A stretch of 64,000 nucleotides of DNA from an uncultured Acetobacteraceae bacterium (GTDB lineage Bacteria; Pseudomonadota; Gammaproteobacteria; Steroidobacterales; Steroidobacteraceae), in assembly GCA_964658135.1 (NCBI GenBank), contig CAZZXZ010000003.1:5914-69913 (forward strand). The letters run 5' to 3'. Within the stretch, counting starts at the first letter, position 1. The number at the start of each line of letters is the position of its first letter. The notes under the pieces were generated by a model. The model did not search any database. It was not told the origin of the DNA and worked only from the letters and a program-made list of their open reading frames with translations. The translations under genes and the position numbers were made by a program. Shown here piece by piece: positions 56,017 to 64,000 of this stretch.

Positions 56017-57242
56017 CGGGACGCATGATCCGTTACGAGCCGCCCACGATCGAGTGCCAGCACCGTGGCTCGGGGGAAAAAATTGAATTCCGATGCGGAT
56101 GCCCAGGTGTACGCACCCATGGCCCGACCCACCACGAGATCACCCACGTCGAGCTTGGGCAGATCGAGATTTTCGTTGATCACATCGATGCTGTCGCACG
56201 TCGGGCCGGCGAGTACGGATGGATAGATCGGTCCCGGCGCCACCAAGGCATCGACGGGATATTTCGCATGATCGTACATTTGACCGCTATAGCTGCCGTA
56301 CAAGCCATCGTCCAGGTAGTACCACCAGCGGTCGTCGCGCAAGGCGCGGCCCATGACGGAGGAGACGGCGATCGCGGCGGACGCCACGATGTAACGGCCG
56401 GGCTCGGCGATCACTCGGACACCCGTTTGCAACGTGCCGAGCGCCGCGCGTATCGGTGCACAAAATTCCTCGATGGGCAGCGATTGCTGGGCGTAATCGG
56501 CGGGGAACCCACCACCGATGTCGAGGGTCTCGAGCCGAGTACCCGCATGAGCCGCGGCGGCCATCAACTCGCGGCACACCTCGATGGCATGCACGTGCAT
56601 GCCGGATCCGGCGGATTGCGAGCCGACGTGGAACGACAGGCCTTCGATCTTGACCCCCAGCTGCGCAGCGAGGGTCAACATCCCGGCCACCGCTTGCGGC
56701 GCGCAACCGAACTTTTTTGACAGATCGCAGACCGCATCGGGGCTGCGGAACGATACGCGCAGCAAAAGCGATGCCCGGGTGCGATACTTGACGAACTTAC
56801 GCAGCTCGTCCGGATTGTCGACCACGAATCGCTGCACGCCGTAGGTCAGTGCCGTGCGGATGTCGCTGTCTCGTTTGATCGGATGCGTGTGTATGCACAA
56901 ATCGGGTGTGACGCCGAGACGCCGCACCAAATCGACTTCGCCATTGGTGGCGAGATCGAAGCACGCTCCCTCTTGCCGCAGAGTTTGAATGACGCTGGCA
57001 TGCGGCAACGGCTTCAACGCGTAATGCAAATCGACCTTCGGCAGCGCCGCCGCCAAGCGTCGATACTGCGCCCGGATGCGCTCCGCATCGATGATGAACA
57101 ACGGCGAACCGAAGCGCTTCGTCAGGTGCTTGATGCTCGCCGGCGCAAAGGGATCTTGGTCGGAACCGAATTCCAATGCATCGCCCGCGGACAATCCGCG
57201 CATTTCGCCCGCCTTTGCCACAGCCACGTCTCCGTTAACCAC
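56013..57242 (-). CDS. PLP-dependent group IV decarboxylase, ornithine/lysine decarboxylase (eukaryote-type ODC) family
   Basis: HYALKPLP (PLP-Lys), DIGGGFP and GPTCDSIDV motifs. GTG 57242 lies 4 nt after the preceding stop. ATG 57203 is an alternative start. Confidence 0.82.
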   Translation of the reverse strand: MVNGDVAVAKAGEMRGLSAGDALEFGSDQDPFAPASIKHLTKRFGSPLFIIDAERIRAQYRRLAAALPKVDLHYALKPLPHASVIQTLRQEGACFDLATNGEVDLVRRLGVTPDLCIHTHPIKRDSDIRTALTYGVQRFVVDNPDELRKFVKYRTRASLLLRVSFRSPDAVCDLSKKFGCAPQAVAGMLTLAAQLGVKIEGLSFHVGSQSAGSGMHVHAIEVCRELMAAAAHAGTRLETLDIGGGFPADYAQQSLPIEEFCAPIRAALGTLQTGVRVIAEPGRYIVASAAIAVSSVMGRALRDDRWWYYLDDGLYGSYSGQMYDHAKYPVDALVAPGPIYPSVLAGPTCDSIDVINENLDLPKLDVGDLVVGRAMGAYTWASASEFNFFPRATVLALDRGRLVTDHASR

Positions 57243-57246
57243 GTAC

Positions 57247-58233
57247 TCAACCCGCGCTCAGTTCGAGCGGATCACCATCCATGCCGCTGGCGCGCTGCAG
57301 CCGATCCAAAATCGCCGCCCAACGTTCCTCGTCCGGCAGCTCTTGAACCAGAATCCGTGCACAGCCGGCACTGTCCAAGGCTCGCAGATGATTATAAAGG
57401 TTGTGTGCATACGCATCGGGTTTTTTGCCCGCGTTGATCCAGGTCATGTGCCGTTGCGTCTGCAGCGGCGGCCGCATGGCGAGCACGGCGACTTTCTCCT
57501 GCCGCGCGACGAACTCGCCGGCGTATTTTTCCAAATCGTCGGATGACACGATGGCGAGCGGTGTCGATGGCGCATAGTGCAGCAGCCGATCCCCCGGCGT
57601 GCGCGGCACGATCCCGCCGGACACCAATTCCACCACCTGAGCCAGCTGCGAACGTGTAATGAAACCCGGACGCAACAGCCGCGCCTCGTTGCCCAAACAC
57701 GACACGATGGTCGACTCTAGACCGATGGGCGACTCGCCACCGTCCAAAATCACCCCGACGGCCTCACCGAGCTCTTCGCGCACATGCTCGGGTTTGGTCG
57801 GACTCAATCGGCCGAAGCGATTGGCGGACGGCGCCGCAATGCCGCCACCGAACGCGGTGAGCAGCTGCTGGGCGATCGGGTGCGACGGCACCCGGATGCC
57901 GATGCTGTCCTGGCCGCCGGTCACGACTTCGTTCACGTTATCGGCTTTGGGCAGAATCAGCGTGAGCGGGCCAGGCCAAAATTTTGCCGCCAAGAGTTCG
58001 GCGACCGGTGGCACATCGGATACCCAGCGATGCAGATAGCGCCGATTGTCCAAATGCACGATGACGGGATGATCGGCCGGTCGGCCTTTGACCGCGAAGA
58101 TTTTGCGCACGGCAGCGGGATCCGCCGCGTTGGCACCGAGGCCATACACGGTCTCAGTGGGGAATACCACCAATTCGCCGGCGCGCAGCGCTTCGACGGC
58201 CTCTTCTATTTCAGTCTGTGTCGCTCTTACCAC
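57247..58233 (-). CDS. L-threonylcarbamoyladenylate synthase (Sua5/YwlC type, with C-terminal Sua5 domain)
   Basis: GELVVFPTETVYGLGANA, GRPADHP, PSANRFG. The 328-aa length fits the two-domain form. Confidence 0.88.
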   Translation of the reverse strand: MVRATQTEIEEAVEALRAGELVVFPTETVYGLGANAADPAAVRKIFAVKGRPADHPVIVHLDNRRYLHRWVSDVPPVAELLAAKFWPGPLTLILPKADNVNEVVTGGQDSIGIRVPSHPIAQQLLTAFGGGIAAPSANRFGRLSPTKPEHVREELGEAVGVILDGGESPIGLESTIVSCLGNEARLLRPGFITRSQLAQVVELVSGGIVPRTPGDRLLHYAPSTPLAIVSSDDLEKYAGEFVARQEKVAVLAMRPPLQTQRHMTWINAGKKPDAYAHNLYNHLRALDSAGCARILVQELPDEERWAAILDRLQRASGMDGDPLELSAG

Positions 58234-58350
58234 GCGTGCATGATATCAAGACTGTGCTGCGGCGAAACGCCGCTTCGCATGTCAGTCCAGCCAACTGTGT
58301 CGCAGTGCCGGTTTATTTTCGAGCCGCTGCGAGCCTTTCCACACCGCGGT

Positions 58351-58848
58351 TCATAGCGCTCGTTCCATGAATATCAAGTCGAGCCACCGGCCGAACTTGA
58401 ATCCCACCTCGTGGAAATGACCCACCGTCACGAAACCGAGGCTTTCATGCAGTGCGATGGACACGCGGTTGTCGGCGTCGATTCCGGCGATGAGACGGTG
58501 CTTTCGCAAGGCTGTTGCGCGCTCGATGAGTTCCAAAACCAGCGCCCTGCCGATCCCGCGGCCGCGCGCGTCCACCCGCACATGCACGCTGTGCTCCACC
58601 GTCTGTTGGAAACATGGCCATGCTCGAAACTCGCCGAACGTGCCGAACCCCACGACCCCCGACGTATCGCGCGCGACGATGAACGGGAAGCGCTGCCGCA
58701 CCTTGGCGGCGAACCATTCATCGCCTCGCGCGGGAGTGAACTCGACTTCCGAATACACTGCGGTGGAATGGCGGATGACCTCGTTGTAAATGGCGAGTAT
58801 CTGCCCGAGGTCGCTGTGTCGGGCATCGTCGATTACGATCGCGTTCAC
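58351..58848 (-). CDS. GNAT N-acetyltransferase (phosphinothricin/methionine-sulfoximine acetyltransferase-like)
   Basis: From GTG 58848: ...VHVRVDARGRGIGRALVLELIERA (acetyl-CoA loop) ...ALHESLGF. The GTG overlaps the protease stop (GTGA). The longer 325-aa ORF is rejected. Confidence 0.8.
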   Translation of the reverse strand: MNAIVIDDARHSDLGQILAIYNEVIRHSTAVYSEVEFTPARGDEWFAAKVRQRFPFIVARDTSGVVGFGTFGEFRAWPCFQQTVEHSVHVRVDARGRGIGRALVLELIERATALRKHRLIAGIDADNRVSIALHESLGFVTVGHFHEVGFKFGRWLDLIFMERAL

Positions 58849-61724
58849 GGTACCGTCCCAGGACTTGGGCGCGAGGGCGTCTGCGCCATGCTCGTTTCCG
58901 GCGCATCGAGCGCGGTCCGCGACCAGCTCCCGTCGCTCTGGCGGTCGAGTTCGTAAGCGGGCCAGTAGTGCGTGTCCAGTTTCAGGGTGATGACGTCCGT
59001 CTGCCCATTCCAGCTGATGGTGGTCAAGCGCAACGAGGCGTGATCGGGTTTGCCGCGAACCACTTTGATGAACGCATCCAAATCGGGCGTTGCCTGGCCG
59101 TCGACTTCGACGATCCGGCGTCCGGCGTACAGCCCATAATGCGTGGCCGGCGAGCCATAGAAGAAGAACGACACGAACACGCCGTTGGGAGCGATACCAC
59201 GCTGCGCCGCCATGGCGCGATGCGGCGCCTGCAGCGTGGCGCCCGCCCAGATGAGTACGCGATCGATGTCGCGGCCGTTCAACGCCACGGTCTGCAACGT
59301 CAGCGCCTTTTCCGCGCCGTCCCGCCATACGGTGACCGTCACGTCGGGCTTTTGCACGGCGCGTTCGACCTCGCGGAAGCGATTCACCACCTTGCCGTCG
59401 ATCGCCAACAAGAGATCGCCCGGCTCGAGCAAGCGGGCCGCCGACGAGCCCGCCACCAACCGGTCGACACTCAGCACCTGACGATGTTGCGAATCGTGGT
59501 TTTCGAACTTTCGCACCCAGTCGTCGGACAGCCCAAGCTTGCGGGCGCTGGCGAGCGACTGCACGTCGAATTCCGCTTCGAACGAATACAGAGGTTTCTG
59601 GTTTTCGACCACAGCCACCATCTCGGTCACGAGCGCGGCGGGTATGCCGCGGTTGATCTGCTCGAGCTCACGCTGCGTCTCGAACGCAAAACTCGACCAC
59701 AGCGCCAAGACGTCACCCTTCTCGTCGGTCAACACCCCATCGATGTCGCCGGGCGGATTGACGAGACTGATCGCTTCTAAGTTGCTGTCGCGAAAACGCA
59801 GGGTGCGCGACAGCGGAAAGGACACGGGATCCACGCCCGCGACCTCGGTTCTTTGCGCCAAGATACGCGAGTCGCCACGCTCGCCCACCACCCAAACGTC
59901 ATCGCCCGGCTTCAAATCCTTGTCGAGCAGTGTCGCCGCGTGCACCGGCGTATCGCCGATGGACTTCGGGTCATAGGAGATCATCGCGAGATTGTGCAAT
60001 GGGTGCACGAACTCCACCTTGCCGGCGACCTCGACCGAGCCGTTGAAGGTGACCCGCACGTCGCCCATGGCGAGCGGAACGGTGTTGCGGTCTACGACGA
60101 CCAAACCGCGCTGTGCGTCGACGATGACCCCGGTGCCATGGTAATTCTTCTCCGTCACTCCGGAGACCGAGTAGGGCATGTCGAAGGTCACCTGGACCAG
60201 AGAGGGCGCCAGCCGGTCGATACGCGGGTCGCCGGTTTTGGAATACTGGGTGGCGGCCGGAGGCACCTTTTGCAGCAGAGGTCCCGACGCGATATTCACG
60301 CAGGGCCACGTCCCCGAAACGTCGTCGCGGCGACACTTGCGCGCGGGAAACCAACGTCGATCCATGTGGATCACCTTGAGTTGCTGGGCATGAGGATCTT
60401 CGAGAGTCACGTAACGCACCGGCGCGCGGGCGCCGTCCGCAAGACCGGCGAGAGCCGCCTCGAATTCCGCGAGGGTGTCCACTTTCACGCCATCGAAAGA
60501 GCTGATCAACGCGCCATGCGGAATGCCCGCGCTACCGAACACGTACCCCGGGTTCGCCACGTAGATGCCCTGGATCGGCAAATGAAAGTGGCGAGCTTGT
60601 TGATAAGACAGCTTATGCACCACCGCCTCGCCGAACTCGATATAGGCATCGGTCGTGATGGCGCTCAAATCCTGCACCGCGAAGCGATGCTCGACCGTCG
60701 CACTACCGCGCTGCACCTCGACGTCGACCGACTGCCCCACGTGGTTGTCGAGCACATCCTCCAGCGCAAAAAATTCCGGCACGGGTTTGCCGTCGATCGC
60801 GACGAGAATATCGCCGGGCGCCAGCACTCCATCGGCAGGCGAGCCGGGCTGCACGTCGTCGACCACCAGCATGCCCGTGAGTTTCGGATACGCCGCGCGC
60901 ATGCGCGCTTCGGTGGCCGGGTTCAGGCCGAGCCGCCGCAGCTCGTCGTACGGCGTGTACTTGAAAACGGTTTCCAGCGTGCCACGCGGTACCGGCTTGC
61001 CGGCGTCGATGAACTTGAGCGCACGGACGACCGCGGTCAGCGGCAGGTAGAAACTGGACTGCGCACCGGTGGCGCCGCCGGCATTGAGCGCGACCACCCG
61101 GCCTTCGATGTCGATCACCGGAGAACCCGACGAGCCGCCGGAGGTTCCGGACGCTGCTTGATAGTAAAAGGTGTTGAAGTCGTTGTACTTGCCGTAGCCA
61201 TACTCCGGCGCTTCGCGATCGAGTCGCGCCAGCGTGCCCGCGAGGATGGAGAGTTGCTCGCCGGCATCGTTACCGACGACGCGGATTTCCCGACCGATCA
61301 CCGCTCCGGCGGGGTATAGGGGCAATTCGGCGGGTTGGATGAACTTCAGCTTGGCCGGATCATAATGGTAGATGCCGAAATCATGGACCGGGTCGCGGTA
61401 CACCGGATAGAGCTGAACCTCCTCCCGGTTCTGGAACGTCGCCTGCGCGGTCACTGGGCCGGGCGTTACCACGTGCCGATTAGTGAGGATCAGGCCGCGC
61501 TTCGCATCGATGACGAAACCGGTGGCTTGTGCACTGGTATTCCATTCGGTGTCGAACGCGCGCGTGCTGTCGATCTGTATGGTGACCACACCGCTGGCGA
61601 TGCGTTCGAGCGTTTGAGCCCAATTGGCGGTCGTGGTCGGCCTTGCCGGTGCGCTTGCGGGCGCTGCCATGACGCCTCTGCATGCCATAATGAACGAACA
61701 CAAAACTAACGCGGTACGGGACAT
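58845..61724 (-). CDS. Secreted Nma111-like serine protease with duplicated HtrA modules and several PDZ domains
   Basis: Signal peptide from ATG 61724. Module 1 has an intact triad context (LILTNRHVV, DPVHDFGIY, SGGSSGSPVID). PDZ-like segments are present (GDILVAIDGKPV, GDLLLAIDGKVV, GRRIVEVDGQATP). Module 2 is degenerate (VVVDRNTV, PGDIDGVLTD). Confidence 0.8.
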   Translation of the reverse strand: MSRTALVLCSFIMACRGVMAAPASAPARPTTTANWAQTLERIASGVVTIQIDSTRAFDTEWNTSAQATGFVIDAKRGLILTNRHVVTPGPVTAQATFQNREEVQLYPVYRDPVHDFGIYHYDPAKLKFIQPAELPLYPAGAVIGREIRVVGNDAGEQLSILAGTLARLDREAPEYGYGKYNDFNTFYYQAASGTSGGSSGSPVIDIEGRVVALNAGGATGAQSSFYLPLTAVVRALKFIDAGKPVPRGTLETVFKYTPYDELRRLGLNPATEARMRAAYPKLTGMLVVDDVQPGSPADGVLAPGDILVAIDGKPVPEFFALEDVLDNHVGQSVDVEVQRGSATVEHRFAVQDLSAITTDAYIEFGEAVVHKLSYQQARHFHLPIQGIYVANPGYVFGSAGIPHGALISSFDGVKVDTLAEFEAALAGLADGARAPVRYVTLEDPHAQQLKVIHMDRRWFPARKCRRDDVSGTWPCVNIASGPLLQKVPPAATQYSKTGDPRIDRLAPSLVQVTFDMPYSVSGVTEKNYHGTGVIVDAQRGLVVVDRNTVPLAMGDVRVTFNGSVEVAGKVEFVHPLHNLAMISYDPKSIGDTPVHAATLLDKDLKPGDDVWVVGERGDSRILAQRTEVAGVDPVSFPLSRTLRFRDSNLEAISLVNPPGDIDGVLTDEKGDVLALWSSFAFETQRELEQINRGIPAALVTEMVAVVENQKPLYSFEAEFDVQSLASARKLGLSDDWVRKFENHDSQHRQVLSVDRLVAGSSAARLLEPGDLLLAIDGKVVNRFREVERAVQKPDVTVTVWRDGAEKALTLQTVALNGRDIDRVLIWAGATLQAPHRAMAAQRGIAPNGVFVSFFFYGSPATHYGLYAGRRIVEVDGQATPDLDAFIKVVRGKPDHASLRLTTISWNGQTDVITLKLDTHYWPAYELDRQSDGSWSRTALDAPETSMAQTPSRPSPGTVP

Positions 61725-61777
61725 GCAGATCCTAAGGTTTGCGGCAATGGCGCCCTCACATTGTATGCGGAGCCCGC

Positions 61778-63577
61778 GTGGCACACGGTAGAATTCGGCC
61801 CGCGCACCACCTCGCTGCCGCCGCGTTGTTGCTGTTCTTTGGGTGGCGCACCGAGGCGCGGCCGGAGATGCCCACCGAGCAACTCGACTCCCTGTATGAA
61901 ACCGTCTGGCAACGCTGGCTGAGCGAGGATCCGACGCTGGCGACCAGCGTGGGCGATTCGCGCTACAACGACCGATGGCCGGATTTGTCGGTGGCGGCGC
62001 TCGACCGCGTCAACGCCGCGGACCGCACGGCGCTCACTGCGATGAAGCGCTTCGATCCCGCCGGCCTACCGGCCGCAGATCGTTTGAACTATGAAATCAT
62101 CGCCGTCGAGTTGCAGCGCCGTCTGGCCGGCGCGCCCTTCAAACCCTATGTCTATGCGGTCAGCCATCTTGGCAGCCTACAGAGCGCCGGCAGCCTACAG
62201 ACCGCGAGCGAAATCGTCGAAATCACGCCATTCCTCACGATCCGGGATTACGAGAACTGGCTGGCTCGCTTGCGCAATTTCGGCACCTACGCGAACCAGG
62301 TCACGGAACTGCTCAAAATCGGGATGCGCGAAAAACGCACGCAACCACGGATCATCATGCAGCGCGTCGAGCCGCAGTTGGCGGCGCAGCGTGTGGCGAA
62401 ACCCGAAGACAGTCCATTCTTCGCACCCTTCAAACAGTTTCCGGCCTCGTTCTCGGCCGCGGAAAAAGCCCGCTTGACGCAATCGGGACGCGACGCCGTC
62501 GCGGCAACGGTTCTGCCCGCGTTCGCGCGATTCACCGAGTTCTTCCACAATCAGTACTTGCCGGCGTGCCGGTCGACGGTGGGGATTTCGGACACGCCCG
62601 ATGGCGCGGCGTTCTATCGCCAACTCATTGCCTATCATACGACCACGGACCTGACGGCCGCCGAAATCCACGCCATCGGTCTCGCCGAAGTCGACCGCAT
62701 CCACGGCGAAATGGCCAAGGTGATCGCGGCGGTGGGCTTTCAGGGCACGTTCACGGAGTTTATTCATTATCTGCGGACCGACCCGAAATTCTTCTACACC
62801 GATCCTGCGGATCTGCTGCACGGTTACATGGTCATCGCCAAGAGCATCGACCCGAATCTGGTGAAACTGTTCGGCAAATTGCCGCGTACTCCCTACGGCG
62901 TGCGCCCGGTGCCGGACACGAGCGCGCCGAACACCACGACGGCCTACTACCAGCCGCTATCCACCGACGGCTCCCGGCCCGGCTACTACTACGTCAATCT
63001 CTACAAGCCGGAGGCCCGCCCTAAATGGGAGATGGAAGTCTTGACCACCCATGAGTCGGTGCCTGGCCATCATTTACAGTTGGCTCTGCAGTACGAGAAC
63101 TCGGTCGGCGTACCGATGATCCGGCGCATGAGCGATTTCACGGCATATGTCGAAGGCTGGGGCCTGTACGCGGAGAGCTTGGGCTATCAACTCGGTCTCT
63201 ACACCGATCCCTATGCGAAATTCGGCCAGCTGACCTACGACATGTGGCGTGCGGTGCGGTTGGTCGTCGACACGGGCATCCATTCGCAGGGCTGGACGCG
63301 GCAACAGGCCATCGACTTTTTCTTGGCGAACGCACCGAAAAGCGAGCTCGACATCACGAACGAGGTGGATCGCTACATTGCGTGGCCGGGCCAGGCGCTC
63401 GCGTACAAGATCGGCCAGTTGAAGTTTTTCGAATTACGCGACGCGGCAAAACAGGCGCTCGGCGACAAATTCGACATTCGCGAGTTCCACGATACCGTGC
63501 TTTCGACCGGCGCCGTACCGCTGTCCGTGCTCGACCGTACGGTGCGCGAGTGGATTGCCGTGAAAGCGGCGCACTGA
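61778..63577 (+). CDS. DUF885-family protein (putative metallopeptidase-like)
   Basis: ...THESVPGHHLQ... motif and overall DUF885 pattern. GTG 61778 gives a signal-like N-terminus (AAAALLLFFGW). TTG 61739 and ATG 61868 are alternative starts. Confidence 0.75.
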   Translation: MAHGRIRPAHHLAAAALLLFFGWRTEARPEMPTEQLDSLYETVWQRWLSEDPTLATSVGDSRYNDRWPDLSVAALDRVNAADRTALTAMKRFDPAGLPAADRLNYEIIAVELQRRLAGAPFKPYVYAVSHLGSLQSAGSLQTASEIVEITPFLTIRDYENWLARLRNFGTYANQVTELLKIGMREKRTQPRIIMQRVEPQLAAQRVAKPEDSPFFAPFKQFPASFSAAEKARLTQSGRDAVAATVLPAFARFTEFFHNQYLPACRSTVGISDTPDGAAFYRQLIAYHTTTDLTAAEIHAIGLAEVDRIHGEMAKVIAAVGFQGTFTEFIHYLRTDPKFFYTDPADLLHGYMVIAKSIDPNLVKLFGKLPRTPYGVRPVPDTSAPNTTTAYYQPLSTDGSRPGYYYVNLYKPEARPKWEMEVLTTHESVPGHHLQLALQYENSVGVPMIRRMSDFTAYVEGWGLYAESLGYQLGLYTDPYAKFGQLTYDMWRAVRLVVDTGIHSQGWTRQQAIDFFLANAPKSELDITNEVDRYIAWPGQALAYKIGQLKFFELRDAAKQALGDKFDIREFHDTVLSTGAVPLSVLDRTVREWIAVKAAH

Positions 63578-63606
63578 GACCGCTGACGAATACCCGTCGG
63601 CGCGAC

Positions 63607-63954
63607 TCAACCGCCCGCTTTCTTCGCCTGCCAGCCCTGCTTGACGAGTTCGGCGACGATCGCGTCGCGATGATCGCCCTGAATCTCGATCACACCGTCG
63701 CGTACCGTACCGCCCGACCCGCAGCGTTTCTTCAATCCGGTGGCCAGCGCATCGATGGCGGCCGCACTCAAGGGCAGGCCGATGACGGTGGTGACGCCCT
63801 TGCCGGCCCGCCCCTTCACCTCGCGGCCCACGCGGATTGGGCCCGGTTTCGCCGCACCGGGCGCGCCTTTGGGGCAAACACAGTCTCGTACAGCTCTGCG
63901 GCAGTTGGGGCAGAGGCTGCCCTGCCCGGTGGAATAGACGATACGTTCTGCCAT
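63607..63954 (-). CDS. yciH: Translation initiation factor SUI1/YciH
   Basis: From ATG 63954: ...GKGVTTVIGL...LKKRCGSGGTVRDGVIEIQGDHRD. Confidence 0.88.
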   Translation of the reverse strand: MAERIVYSTGQGSLCPNCRRAVRDCVCPKGAPGAAKPGPIRVGREVKGRAGKGVTTVIGLPLSAAAIDALATGLKKRCGSGGTVRDGVIEIQGDHRDAIVAELVKQGWQAKKAGG

Positions 63955-64000
63955 GCCGCCATTATGCCGATCGAGGTAGAATGCGACCATGAATCAACGT

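Noticed and set aside
58849-59328. N-terminal 160 aa of the 325-aa ORF that contains the GNAT domain
   Set aside because: It overlaps the 3' end of the protease gene out of frame and its translation is Arg-rich. GNAT homology starts at GTG 58848, which is fused to the protease stop.

Overview
This is a GC-rich, gene-dense chromosomal segment with a typical gammaproteobacterial backbone. I call about 66 protein-coding genes and one candidate riboswitch. I found no rRNA, tRNA, CRISPR array, transposase or integrase by eye.

Housekeeping backbone:
- rlpA(partial)-dacC-dat-ybeD, convergent with lipA-lipB, then murU-amgK.
- Divergent lptD-surA-pdxA-rsmA-(usp)-apaG-apaH, then folA further on.
- panCB, lgt-thyA, msrA/msrC, and yciH at the right edge.

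Accessory blocks embedded in this backbone:
1. A three-gene aerobic kynurenine module (3-hydroxyanthranilate dioxygenase, kynureninase, kynurenine 3-monooxygenase) sits between apaH and folA.
2. A six-gene, translationally coupled envelope module (25.4-31.4 kb) encodes a MacB/LolCDE-like ABC ATPase and permease, a LolA-fold periplasmic protein, an unassigned outer-membrane beta-barrel, and a LytS-type kinase with a LytTR regulator.
3. A seven-gene operon (31.5-40.1 kb) is led by a TonB-dependent receptor. It carries two redox enzymes, a methyltransferase with an unknown N-domain, two unknown proteins and an MFS transporter, next to an EthD/REDY-like protein and a MarR regulator.
4. A canonical SET-domain lysine methyltransferase carries a histone-H1-like basic tail. 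A PHD/EGLN-like 2OG-Fe(II) oxygenase follows it directly.
5. A roughly 960-aa secreted protease with duplicated HtrA modules (second module degenerate) has Nma111-like architecture and is start/stop-coupled to a GNAT acetyltransferase.
6. A yybP-ykoY (Mn2+) riboswitch-like leader precedes a CaCA-family cation antiporter.

Other oddities:
- In two cases (lipB and kynU) the conserved N-terminus of the downstream gene begins at a CTG embedded in a CTGA stop/start overlap.
- Four convergent gene pairs have overlapping 3' ends.

All calls rest on reading the translated ORFs and recognising motifs. No database search was run.
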